Below, piece after piece: positions 26,680-41,600 of a DNA stretch of 64,000 nt. Within the stretch, counting starts at the first letter, position 1. Each line of letters begins with the position of its first letter. The position numbers were made by a program, and so were the translations under genes. The notes beneath the pieces are model-generated. The model did not search any database, was not told the origin of the DNA, and saw nothing but the letters and a program-made list of their open reading frames with translations. Origin of the DNA: the human T2T-CHM13v2.0 reference genome, Homo sapiens; the NCBI RefSeq assembly GCF_009914755.1, contig NC_060933.1. One strand, given 5' to 3'.

Positions 26680-29600
26680 TGCCATCGAGTTGATTCCATT
26701 CCATTCCATTCCATTCCATTCCATTCCATTCTATTCCATTCCATTGCAATCGAGTTGAATCAATTACCTTTCATTCCATTCCATTCCATTCCATTCCATT
26801 CCGGAAGTTTCAATTCCATTACATTCCATTCCATTCCATTCCCCTGCACTCGCGTTGATTCCATTCCATTCCATTCCATTCCATTCCGTTCCGTTCCATT
26901 CCATTCCATTCCATTCCATTCCATTCCGTTCCGTTCAATTCCATTCCATTCCATTCTATTCGGGTTAATTCCATTCCATTCCATTCGATTGCCATCGAGT
27001 TGATTCCATTCCATTCCATTCCATTCCATTCCATTCCATTCCATTCCATTCCATTGCAATGGAGTTGATTCCATTCCATTCCATTCCATTCCGGATGATT
27101 CCATTCCATTGCATTCCATTCCATTCCATTCCCCTGCACTCGTGTTGATTCCATTCCCTTCCATTCCATTCCATTCCGTTCCATTCCATTCCATTCCATT
27201 CTATTCCGGTTTATTCCATTCCATTCCATTCCATTCCATTCCATTCCATTGCAATCGAGTTGATTCCATTCCATTCCTTTCCATTCCATTCCATTGCCTT
27301 GCATTCCACTCGGGTTGATTCCATTCCCTTCTTTCCACTCCATTACATTCCCTTCCATTCCACTCGGAATGATTGATTCCATTCCATTCCATTCCATTTC
27401 ATTCCATTGCAATCCATTCCAATCCATTCCATTCCATTCCATTCCACTCGAGTTGACTTCATTCCATTCCTTTCCATTCCATTCCATTCCTTTCCACTCG
27501 AGTTGATTCCATTCCATTCCAATCCATTGCAATCCATTCCATGCCATTCCACTCGGGTTGATTCCATTCCTTTGCATTCCATTCCATTCCATTCCATTGC
27601 ATTCCATTCCATTCCATTCCGTTGCATTCCATTCCATTACATTCGGATTGATTCTATTCAACTCCCTTACCCTCTATTACATTCCATTCCATTCGGGTTG
27701 TTCCATTCCATTCCATTCCATTCCACTCCATTCCATTGCACTCGGGTTGATTCCATTCCATTCCATTCCATTCCATTCCATTCCATTCCATTCCGGATGA
27801 CTCCATTCCATTGCATTCCGTTCCATTACATTCCCCTGCACTCGGGTTGATACCATTCCATTCCATTCCATTCCATTCCATTCCATTCCATTCCATTCCA
27901 TTCCGGATGATTCCATTCCATTGCATTCCATTCCATTCCATTCCCCTGCACTCGGGTTGATTACATTCCATTTCTTTCCCTTCCATTCCTTTCCATTCCA
28001 TTCCATTCCATTCTATTCGGGTGAATTCCATTCCATTCCATTCCATTCCATTCCATTAAATTCCATTGCAATCGAGTTGATTCCATTCCATTCCATTCCA
28101 TTCCGTTCCGGATGATTCCATTCCATTCCATTCCATTCCATTCCATTCCCCTGCACTCGGGTTGATTCCATTCCATTCCATTCCATTCCATTCCATTCCA
28201 TTCCATTCCTTTCCATTCCATTACGAATGACTCCATTCCATTGCATTCCATTCCATTCCATTCCCCTGTACTCGGGTTGATTCCATTCCATTCCATTCCA
28301 CTCCATTCGGTTCCGTTGCATTCCATTCTATTGCATTCCATTCTATTCGGGTTAATTCCATTCAATTCTATTCCATTCAATTCCATTCCATTCCATTGCA
28401 ATGGAGTTGATTCCATTCCATTCCATTCCATTCCGGATGATTCCATTCCATTGCATTCCATTCCATTCCATTCCCCTGCACTCGCGTTGATTCCATTCCA
28501 TTCCATTCCATTCCATTAAATTCCATTCCATTACAATTCGTTCCATTCCATTCTATTCCGTACCATTCCATTCCATTCCCTACCATTCCATTCCATTCCA
28601 TTCCATTCCATTCCGTTCCATTCCGTTCCATTCCATTCCATTCCATTCTATTCGGGTTAATTCCATTCCATTCCATTCCATTCCATTCCGGAAGATTCCA
28701 TTCCATTGCATTCCATTCCATTCCATTCCCCTGCACTCGCGTTGATTCCATTCCATTCCATTCCATTCCATTCCATTCCATTCCGTTCCGTTCCGTTCCA
28801 TTCCATTCCATTCCATTCCATTCCATTCCGTTCCGTTCCATTCCATTCCATTCCATTCTATTCGGGTTAATTCCATACCATTCCATTCGATTGCAATCGT
28901 GTTGATTCCAATCCATTCCATTCCATTCCATTCCATTCCATTCCTTTCCATTCCATTACGGATGATTCCATTCTATTGCATTCCATTCCATTCCATTCCC
29001 CTGTACTCCGGTTGATTCCATTCCATTGCATTCCAATCCATGCCCTTCCACTCGTGTTGATTCCATTCTTTCCATTCCATTCAAGTTGAATCCATTCCAT
29101 TGCACTCCATTCCATTCGATTCCATTCGATTGCACTCGGGTTGATTCCATTCCATTGCATTCCATTCCATTCCATTCCATTCTATTCCATTCCATTCCGT
29201 TCCATTCCATTCCATTACATTCGGATTGATTTTTTTCAATTCCCTTACAATCCATTACATTCCATTCCATTCGGGTAGTTTCCATTCCATTCCATTCCAT
29301 TCCTCTCCATTCCATTGCACTCGGGTTGATTCCATTCCATTCCAATCCATTCCATTCCATTCCATTCCATTCCGTTCCGTTCCATTCCATTCCATTCCTT
29401 TCTATTCGGGTTAATTCCATTCCATTCCATTCCATTCCATTCCATTCCATTCCATTCCAATCAATTTGATTCCATTCCATTCCATTCCATTCCATTCCAC
29501 TCCATTCCAGTCCTTTCCATTCCATTCCACTCGGGTTGATTCCAATGTATTCCTTTCCATTCCTTTCCATTCCTTTGCAATCGAATTGATTCCATTGCTT

Positions 29601-32600
29601 TGCATTCCATTCCATTCCATTACGGATGATTCCATTCCATTGCATTGCATTCCATTCCATTCCCCTGCACTCGGGTTGATTCCATTCCATTCCACTCCAT
29701 TCCGTTCCATTCCATTGTATTCGTGTTAATTCCATTCCATTCCATTCCATTCCATTCCATTACAATCGAGTTGATTCCATTCCATTCCATTCCATTCCAG
29801 TCCTTTCCATTCCATTCCACTCGGGTTGATTCCATTCTATTAGTTTCCATTCCATTCCATTCCCTTCCATTCCACTCTGGTTGCTTCCATTCCTTTCCAT
29901 TCCACTCGAATACATTCCCTCCTATTCCACTCGGAACGATTCCATTCCATTCCATTCCATTCCATTCCATTCCATTCCATTTCGTTCCATTCCATTCCAT
30001 TCCGTATCATTCCATTCAATTCCATTCCATTCCATTCCATTCCATTCCATTCCATTCCATTCCATTGTACTCAGGTTGATTCCATTCCATTGCATTCCAT
30101 TCCATTCCATTCCATTCCATTCCGTTGCATTCCATTCCATTACATTCGGATTGATTCTATTCAACTCCCTTACTCTCCATTACATTCCATTCCATTCGGG
30201 TTGTTTCATTCTATTCCATTCCATTACACTCCATTCCATTGCACTCCGGTTGATTCCATTCCATTCCATTCCATTCCATTCCATTCCATTCCGGATGATT
30301 CCATTCCATTGCATTACGTTCCATTACATTCCCCTGCACTCGCGTTGATTCCATTCCATTCCATTCCATTCCATTCAATTCCATTCCATTACAATTCGCT
30401 CCATTCCATTCTATTCCATACCATTCCATTCCATTCCATACCATTCCATTCCATTCCATTCCATTCCATTCCGTTCCATTCCGTTCCATTCCATTCTATT
30501 CGGATTAATTCCATTCCATTCCATTCCATTCCATTCTATTCCATTCCATTGCAATCGAGTTGAATCCATTGCATTTCATTCCATTCCATTCCATTCCATT
30601 CCGGAAGATTCCATTAAATTGCATTCCATTCCATTCCATTCCCCTGCACTCGCGTTGATTCCATTCCATTCCATTCCATTCCATTCCATTCCGTTCCGTT
30701 CCGTTCCATTCCATTCCATTCCATTCCATTCCGTTCCGTTCTATTCCATTACATTCCATTCTATTCGGGTTAATTGCATTCCATTCCATTCTATTGCAAT
30801 CGAGTTGATTCAATTCCATTCCATTCCATTCCATTCCGTTCCATTCCATTCCTTTCCATTCCATTACGGATGATTCCATTCCATTGCATTCCATTCCATT
30901 CCATTCCCCTGTACTCGGGTTGATTCCATTCCATTCCATTCCAATCCATGCCATTCCACTCGTGTTGATTCCATTCTTTCCATTCCATTCAAGTTGAATC
31001 CATTCCATTGCATTCCATTCCATTCGATTCCATTCGATTGCACTCGGGTTGATTCCATTCCATTGCATTCCATTCCATTCCATTCCATTCCATTCCATTC
31101 CATTCCATTCCGTTGCATTCCATTCCATTCCATTCGGATTGATTCTATTCAATTCCCTTACACTCCATTATATTCCAATCCATTCTGGTTGTTTCCATTC
31201 CATTCCATTCCATTTCACTCCATTCCATTTCTCTCGGGTTGATTCCATTCTATTCCATTCCATTTCATTCCATTCCATTCCATTCCGGATGATTCCATTC
31301 CATTGCATTACTTTCCATTCCATTCCCCTGCACTCGGGTTGATTCCATTCCATTCCATTCCATTACATTCCGTTCCATTCCATTCCATTCCATTCGGATT
31401 GATTCTATTCAATTCCCTTACACTCCATTACATTCCATTCCATTCGGGTAGTTTCCTTTCCATTCCATTCCATTCCTCTCCATTCCATTGCACTCGGGTT
31501 GATTCCATTCCATTCCATTCCATTCCATTACATTGCATTACATTACATTCCGTTCCATTGTACTCGGGTTGATTCCATTCCATTGCATTCCATTCCATTC
31601 CATTCAATTCCATTCCATTCCATTCCATTCCATTCCATTACATTCGGATTGATTTTATTCAACTCCCTAACTCTCCATTCCATTCCATTCCATTCCATTC
31701 AATTCCATTCCGTTCCATTCCATTCCATTACATTCGGATTGATTCTATTCAACTCCCTTACTCTCCATTACATTCGATTCCATTCGGGTTGTTCCATTCC
31801 ATTCCATTCCATTCCACTCCATTCCATTGCACTCGGGTTGATTCCATTCCATTCCATTCCATTCCGGAAGATTCCATTCCATTACATTCCATTACATTCC
31901 ATTCCCCTGCACTCGTGTTGATTCCATTCCATTCCATTCCATTCCATTCCATTCAATTCCATTCCTTTCCGTTCCATTCCATTCCATTCCATTCTGTTCC
32001 GTTCCACTAGAGTTGATTCCATTCCATTCCATTCCATTGCATTCCATTCCATGCCATTCCACTCGGGTTGATTCCATTCCATTCCATTCCATTCCATTCC
32101 ATTCCATTCCATTCCTTTCCCCTGCACTCGGGTTGATTCCATTCCATTCCATTCCATTTAATTCCATTCCATTCCACTCCATACCATTCCATTCCAATCC
32201 GTTCCATTCCATTCCATTCTATTCCATTGCAATCGACTTGATTCCATTCCATTCCATTCTATTCCATTCCATTCCATTCCATTCCATTCCATTCCATTCC
32301 ATTTTGTTCCAATCCATTCTATTCCGAACCATTCCATTCCATTCCATTCCATTCCATTCCATGCCATTCCACTCGGGTTTATTCCATTCCTTTCCATTCC
32401 ATTCGGGTAGAATCCAATCCACTCCATTCCATTCCATTCGAATCCATTCCATTGCACTCGGGTTGATTCCATTCCATTCCATTCCATTCGATTCCATTCC
32501 ATTCCATTCCATTCCGTTCGATTCCATTTCATTACATTGAGATTGATTCTATTCAATTCCCTTACACTCCATTATATTCCAATCCATTCTGGTTGTTTCC

Positions 32601-35600
32601 ATTCCATTCCATTCCATTTCACTCCATACCATTGCACTCGGTTTGATTCCATTCCATTCCATTCTATTCCATTCCGGATGATTCCATTCCATTGCATTCC
32701 ATTCCATTCCATTCCCCTGCAGTCAGGTTGATTCCATTGCATTCCATTCCACTCCATTCGGTTCCGTTCCATTCCATTCTATTGCATTCCATTCTATTCG
32801 GGTTAATTCCATTCCATTCTATTCCATTCCATTCCATTCCATTCCATTGCAATGGAGTTGATTCCATTCCATTCCATTCCATTCCGGATGATTCCATTCC
32901 ATTGCATTCCATTCCATTCCATTCCCCTGCACTCGTGTTGATTCCATTACCTTCCATTCCATTCCATTCCGTTCCATTCCATTGCATTCCATTCTATTCC
33001 GGTTAATTCCATTCCATTCCATTCCATTCCATTCCATTCCATTCCATTGCAATCGAGTTGATTCCATTCCATTCCTTTCCATTCCATTCCATTGCCTTGC
33101 ATTCCACTCGGGTTGATTCCATTCCCTTCATTCCACTCCATTACATTCCCTTCCATTCCACTCGGAATGATTGATTCCATTCCATTCCATTCCATTTCAT
33201 TCCGTTGCAATCCATTCCAATCTATTCCATTCCATTCCATTCCACTCGAGTTGATTTCATTCCATTCCTTTCCATTCCATTCCATTCCTTTCCACTCGAG
33301 TTGATTCCATTCCATTCTATTCCATTGCATTCCATTCCATGCCATTCCACTCGGGTTGATTCCATTCCTTTGCATTCCATTCTATTCCATTCTATTCCAT
33401 TCCATTCCATTCCATTCCATTCCGTTGCATTCCATTCCATTACATTCGGATTGATTCTATTCAACTCCCTTACTCTCCATTACATTCCATTCCATTCGGG
33501 TTGTTCCATTCCATTGCATTCCATTCCACTCCATTCCATTGCACTCGGGTTGATTCCATTCCATTCCATTCCATTCCATTCCATTCCATTCCATTCCATT
33601 CCGGATGATTCCATTCCATTGCATTCCGTTCCATTACATTCCCCTGCACTCGCGTTGATTCCATTCCATTCCATTCCATTCCATTCAATTCCATTCTATT
33701 ACAATTCGTTCCATTCCATTCTATTCCGTACCATTCCATTCCATTCCATACCATTCCATTCCATGCCATTCCATTCCATTCCATTCCGTTCCATTCCGTT
33801 CCATTCCATTCCATTCCATTCTATTCGGGTTAATTCCATTCCATTCCATTCCATTCCATTCTATTCCATTCCATTGCAATCGAGTTGAATCTATTGCATT
33901 TCATTCCATTCCATTCCATTCCATTCCATTCCGGAAGATTCCATTCCATTGCATTCCATTCCATTCCATCTCCCTGCACTCGCGTTGATTCCATTCCATT
34001 CCATTCCATTCCATTCCGTTCCGTTCCGTTCCGTTCCGTTCCATTCCATTCCATTCCATTCCATTCCATTCCGTTCCGTTGCATTCCATTCCATTCCATT
34101 CTATTCGGGTTAATTCCATTCCATTCCATTCGATTGCAATCGTGTTGATTCCATTCCATTCCATTCCATTCCATTCCATTCCATTGCATTCCATTCCATT
34201 CCATTCCCCTGTACTTGGGTTGATTCCATTCCATTGCATTCCAATCCATGCCCTTCCACTCGTGTTGATTCCATTCTTTCCATTCCATTCAAGTTGAATC
34301 CATTCGATTGCATTCCATTCCATTCGATTCCATTCGATTGCACACGGGTTGATTCCATTCCATTGCATTCCATTGCATTCCATTCCATTACATTCCATTC
34401 CGTTCCTTTCCATTCCATTACATTCGGATTGATTCTATTCAATTCCCTTACACTCCATTACATTCCATTCCATTCGGGTAGTTTCCATTCCATTCCATTC
34501 CATTCCTCTCCATTCCATTGCACTCGGGTTGATTCCATTCTATTGCATTCCATTCCATTCAATTCCATTCCCTTCCATTCCATTCCATTCCATTACATTC
34601 GGATTGATTCTATTCAACTCCCTTAGTCTCCATTACATTCCATTCCATTCGGGATGTTCCATTCCATTCCATTCCATTCCACTCCATTCCATTGCACTCG
34701 GGTTTATTCCATTCCATTCCATTCCATTCCATTCAATTCCATTCCATTCCGGAAGATTCCATTCCAGTGCATTCCATTCCATTCCATTCCCCTGCACTCG
34801 CGTTGATTCCATTCCATTCCATTCCATTCCATTCCATTCCATTCCATTCCATTCCTTTCCGTTCCATTCCATTCCATTCCATTCCATTCCATTCCATTCG
34901 GTTCCGTTCCGTTCCATTCCATTCCATTCCATTCTATTCGGGTTAATTCCATTCCATTCCATTCGATTGCAATCGAGTTGATTCCATTGCATTCCATTCC
35001 ATTCCATTCCATTCCATTCCATTCCATTCCTTTCCATTCCATTACGGATGATTCCATTCCATTGCATTCCATTCCATTCCATTCCCCTGTACTCGGGTTG
35101 ATTCCATTCCATCCCATTCCAATCCATGCCATTCCACTCGTGTTGATTCCATTCTTTCCATTCCATTCAAGTTGAATCCATTCCATTGCATTCCATTGCA
35201 TTCGATTACATTCGATTGTACTCGGTTTGATTCCATTCCATTGCATTCCATTCCATTCCATTACATTCCATTCCATTCCATTCCATTTCATTACATTCAG
35301 ATTGATTCTATTCAATTCCCTTACATTCCATTATATTCCAATCCATTCTGGTTGTCTCCATTCCATTCCATTCCATTTCACTCCATTCCATTGCACTCGG
35401 GTTGATTCCATTCCATTCCATTCCATTGCATTCCATTCCATTCCATTCCGGATGATTCCATTCCATTGCATTCCATTCCATTCCATTCCCCTGCACTCGG
35501 GTTGATTCCATTCCATTCCATTCCATTACATTCCGTTCCATTCCATTCCATTCCATTCGGATTGATTCTATTCAATTCCCTTACACTCCATTACATTCCA

Positions 35601-38600
35601 TTCCATTCGGGTAGTTTCCATTCCATTCCATTCCATTCCTCTCCATTCCATTGCACTCGGGTTGATTCCATTCCATTCCATTCCATTCCATTCCATTCCA
35701 TTCCATTCCATTCCATTCCATTCCATTCCGTTCCATTGTACTCGGGTTGATTCCATTCCATTGCATTCCATTCCATTCCATTCCATTCCATTCCATTCCA
35801 TTCCATTCCGTTCCATTCCATTACATTCGGATTGATTCTATTCAACTCCCTTACTCTCCATTACATTCCATTCCATTCGGGTTGTTCCATTCCATTCCAT
35901 TCCATTCCACTCCATTCCATTGCACTCGGGTTGATTCCATTCCATTCCATTCCGTTCCATTCCATTCCATTCCGGATGATTCCATTCCATTGCATTCCGT
36001 TCCATTACATTCCCCTGCACTCGGGTTGATTCCATTCCATTACATTCCATTCCATTCGATACCATTCCATTCCAATTCTTTCCATTCCATTCTATTCCTT
36101 ACCATTCCATTCCATTCCGTACAATTCCATTCCATTCCATTCCACTCCGTTCCGTTCCGTTCCGTTCTGTTCCGTTCCATTCCATTCCATTCCATTCTAT
36201 TCGGTTTAATTCCATTCCATTCCATTCCATTCCATTCTATTCTATTCCATTCCATTGCAATCGAGTTGAATCCATTGCATTCCATTCCATTCCATTCCAT
36301 TCCATTCCATTCCATTCCATTCCATTCCGGAAGATTCCATTCCATTGCATTCCATTCCATTCCATTCCTTTCCATTCCATTCCATTCCATTCCATTCCAT
36401 TGTACTCGGGTTGATTCCATTCCATTGCATTCCATTCCATTCCATTCCATTCCATTCCATTCCGTTCCATTCCATTCCATTCCATTCGGATTGATTCTTT
36501 TCAACTCGCTTACTCTCCATTCCATTCCATTCCATTCGGGTTGTTCCATTCCATTCCATTCCATTCCACTCCATTCCATTGCACTCGTGTTGATTTCATT
36601 CCATTCCATTCCATTCCATTCCGGATGATTCCATTCCATTGCATTCCGTTCCATTACATTCCCCTGCACTCGGGTTGTTTCCATTCCATTCCTTTCCGTT
36701 CCATTCGATTCCATTCCATTCCCCTGTACTCGGATTTATTCCATTCCATTCATTTCCGTTCCATTCGATTCCATTCCATTCCCCTGCACTCGCGTTGATT
36801 CCATTCCATTCCATTCCATTCCTTTCAATTCCATTCCATTACAATTCGTTCCATTCCATTCTATTCCGTACCATTCCATTCCATTCCATACCATTCCATT
36901 CCATTCCATTCCATTCCATTCCATTCCGTTCCATTCCGTTCCATTCCATTCCATTCCATTCTATTCGAATTAATTCCATTCAATTCCATTCCATTCCATT
37001 CTATTCCATTCCATTGCAATCGAGTTGAATCCATTTCATTTCATTCCATTCCATTCCATTCCATTCCATTCAGGAAGATTCCATTCCATTGCATTCCATT
37101 CCATTCCATTCCCCTGCACTCGCGTTGATTCCATTCCATTCCATTCCATTCCATTCCATTCCGTTCCGTTCCATTCCATTCCATTCCATTCTATTCGGGT
37201 TAATTCCATTCCATTCCATTCGATTGCAATCGAGTTGATTACATTCCATTCCATTCCATTCCATTCCATTCCTTTCCATTCCATTACGGATGATTCTATT
37301 CCATTGCATTCCATACCATTCCATTCCCCTATAGTCGGGTTGATTCCATTCCATTCCATTCCAATCCATGCCATTCCACTCGTGTTGATTCCATTCTTTC
37401 CATTCCATTCAAGTTGAATCCATTCCATTGCATTCCATTCCATTCGATTACATTCCATTGCACTCGGGTTGATTCCATTCAATTCCATTCCATTTCTTTC
37501 CATTCCATTCCATTCCGGATGATTCCATTCCATTCCATTCCATTCCATTCCATTCCATTCCCCTGCAGTCGGGTTGATTCCATTCCATTCCATTCCATTC
37601 CATTCCATTCCATTCCGTTCCATTCCATTCCATTCCATTCTATTCGGGTTAATTCCATTCCATTCCATTCCATTCCATTCCATTCCATTCCATTCCATTC
37701 CAATCGAGTTGATTCCATTCCATTCCATTCCATTCCATTCCACTCCATTCCAGTCCTTTCCATTCCATTACACTCGGGTTGATTCCATTCTATTCCTTTC
37801 CATTCCATTCCATTCCATTGCAATCGAGTTGATTCCATTGCTTTGCATTCCATTCCATTCCATTCCATTCCGGATGATTCCATTCCATTGCATTCCATTC
37901 CATTCCATTCCCCTGCAATCGTGTTGATTCCATTCCATTCCACTCCATTCCGTTCCATTCCATTCCATTCCATTGTATTCGGGTTAATTCCATTCCATTC
38001 CATTCCATTCCATTCCATTACAATCGAGTTGATTCCATTCCATTCAATTCCATTGCATTCCATTCCATTCCAGTCCTTTCCATTCCATTCCACTCGGGTT
38101 GATTCCATTCTATTAGTTTCCATTCCATTCCATTCCCTTCCATTCCACTCTGGTTGATTCCATTCCTTTCCATTCCACTCGAACACATTCCCTCCTATTC
38201 CACTCGGAACGATTCCATTCCATTCTATTCCATTCCATTCCATTCCATTCCATTCCATTCCAGTTCGTTCCATTCCATTCTATTTCGTACCATTCCATTC
38301 CATTCCATTCCTTTCCATTCCATTCCTTTCCACTCGTGTTGATTCCATTCCTTTCCATTCCATTCGGTTTGAAGGCATTCCATTCCATTCAATTCCATTC
38401 CATTCCATTCAATTCCATTCCATTCTATTCCATTCCATTGCAATCGAGTTGAATCCATTGCCTTTCATTCCATTCCATTCCATTCCATTCCATTCCGGAA
38501 GATTCCATTCCATTACATTCCATTCCATTCCATTCCCCTGCACTCGCGTTGATTCCATTCCATTCCATTCCATTCCATTCCGTTCCGTTCCATTCCATTC

Positions 38601-41600
38601 CATTCCATTCCATTCTGTTCCGTTCCGTTCCATTCCATTCCATTCCATTCTATTCGGGTTAATTCCATTCCATTCCATTCGATTGCCATCGAGTTGATTC
38701 CATTCCATTCCATTCCATTCCATTCCATTCCATTCCATTCCATTCCTTTCCATTCCATTACGGATGACTCCATTCCATTGCTTTCCATTCCATTCCATTC
38801 CTCTGTACTCGGGTTGATTCCATTCCATTCCATTCCACTCCATTCGGTTCCGTTGCATTCCATTCTATTGCATTCCATTCTATTCGGGTTAATTCCATTC
38901 CATTCTATTCCATTCCATTCCATTCCATTCCATTCCATTGCAATGGAGTTTATTCCATTCCATTCCATTCCATTCCGGATGATTCCATTCCATTGCATTC
39001 CATTCCATTCCATTCCCCTGCACTCGTGTTGATTCCATTCCCTTCCATTCCATTCCATTCCGTTCCATTCCATTCCATTCCATTCGATTCCGGTTAATTC
39101 CATTCCATTCCATTCCATTCCATTCCATTCAATTCCATTCCATTCCATTGCAATCGGGTTGATTCCATTCCATTCCTTTCCATTCCATTCCATTGCCTTG
39201 CATTCCACTCGGGTTGATTCCATTCCCTTCTTTCTACTCCATTACATTCCCTTCCATTCCACTCGGAATGATTGATTCCATTCCATTCCATTCCATTTCA
39301 TTCCATTGCAATCCATTCCAATCCATTCCATTCCATTCCATTCCACTCGAGTTGACTTCATTCCATTCCTTTCCATTCCATTCCATTCCTTTCCACTCGA
39401 GTTGATTCCATTACATTCCAATCCATTGCAATCCATTCCATGCCATTTCACTCGGGTTGATTCCATGCCTTTGCATTCCATTCCATTCCATTCCATTGCA
39501 TTCCATTCCATTCCATTCCGTTGCATTCGATTCCATTACATTCGGATTGATTCTATTCAACTCCCTTACTCTCCATTACATTCCATTCCATTCGGGTTGT
39601 TCCATTCTATTCCATTCCATTCCACTCCATTCCATTGCACTCGGGTTGATTCCATTCCATTCCATTCAATTCCATTCCATTCCATTCCGGATGATTCCAT
39701 TCCATTGCATTCCGTTCCATTACATTCCCCTGCACTCGGGTTGATACCATTCCATTCCATTCCATTCCATTCCATTCCATTCCGGATGATTCCATTCCAT
39801 TCCATTCCATTCCATTCCATTCCCCTGCACTCGGGTTGATTACATTCCATTTCCTTCCCTTCCATTCCTTTCCATTCAATTCCATTCCATTCTATTCGGG
39901 TGAATTCCATTCCATTCCATTCCATTCCATTCCATTCCATTCCATTCCATTGCAATCGAGTTGATTCCATTCCATTCCATTCCATTCCGTTCCGGATGAT
40001 TCCATTCCATTCCATTCCATTCCATTCCATTCCCCTGCAGTCGGGTTGATTCCATTCCATTCCATTCCATTCCATTCCATTCCATTCCGTTCCGTTCCAT
40101 TCCATTCCATTCCATTCTATTTCGGTTAATTCCATTCCATTCCATTCCATTCCATTCCATTCCATTCCATTCCAATCGAGTTGATTCCATACCCTTCCAT
40201 TCCATTCCACTCCATTCCATTCTGGATGATTCCATTCCGTTTCATTCCGTTCCATTACATTCCCCTGCACTCGCGTTGATTCCATTCCATTCCATTCCAT
40301 TCCATTCCATTCCATTCAATTCCATTCCATTACAATTCGTTCCATTCCATTCTATTCCGTACCATTCCATTCCATTCCATACCATTCCATTCCATTCCGT
40401 TCCATTCCATTCCGTTCCATTCCGTTCCATTCCATTCCATTCCATTCTATTCGGATTAATTCCATTCCATTCCATTCCATTCCATTCTATTCCATTCCAT
40501 TGCAATCGAGTTGAATCCATTGCATTTCATTCCATTCCATTCCATTCCGGAAGATACCATTCCATTACATTCCATTCCATTCCATTCCCCTGCACTCGCG
40601 TTGATTCCATTCCATTCCATTCCGTTCCATTCCATTCCATTCCATTCCATTCCATTCCGTTCCGTTGCATTCCATTCCATTCCATTCTATTCGGGTTAAT
40701 TCCATTCCATTTCATTCGATTGCAATCGAGTTGATTCCATTCCATTCCATTCCATTCTATTCGGGTTAATTCCATTCCATTTCATTCGATTGCAATCGAG
40801 TTGATTCCATTCCATTCCATTCCATTCCATTCCATTCCATTCCATTCCTTTCCTTTCCATTCCATTACGGATGATTCCATTCCATTGCATTCCATTCCAT
40901 TCCATTCCCCTGTACTCGGGGTGATTCCATTCCATTCCATTCCATTACATTCCGTTCCATTCCATTCCATTCCATTCGGATTTATTCTATTCAACTCCCT
41001 TACTCTCCATTTCATTCCATTCCATTCGGGTTGTTCCATTCCATTCCATTCCATTCCACTCCATTCCATTGCACTCGGGTTTATTCCATTCCATTCCATT
41101 CCATTCCATTCCATTCCGGATGATTCCATTCCATTGCATTCCGTTCCATTACATTCCCCTGTACTCGCGTTGATTCCATTCCATTCCATTCCATTCCTTT
41201 CAATTCCATTCCATTACAATTCGTTCCATTCCATTCTATTCCGTACCATTCCATTCCATTCCATACCATTCCATTCCATTCCATTCCATTCCATTCCGTT
41301 CCATTCCATTCCATTCCATTCTATTCGAATTAATTCCATTCAATTCCATTCCATTCCATTCTATTCCATTCCATTGCAATCGAGTTGAATCCATTGCATT
41401 TCATTCCATTCCATTCCATTCCATTCCATTCCGGAAGATTCCATTCCATTGCATTCCATTCCATTCCATTCCCCTGCATTCCGGTTGATTCCATTCCATT
41501 CCACTCCATTCCGTTCCATTCCATTCCATTCCATTTTATTCGGGTTAATTCCATTCCATTCCATTCCATTCCATTCCATTCCATTCCATTACAATCGAGT

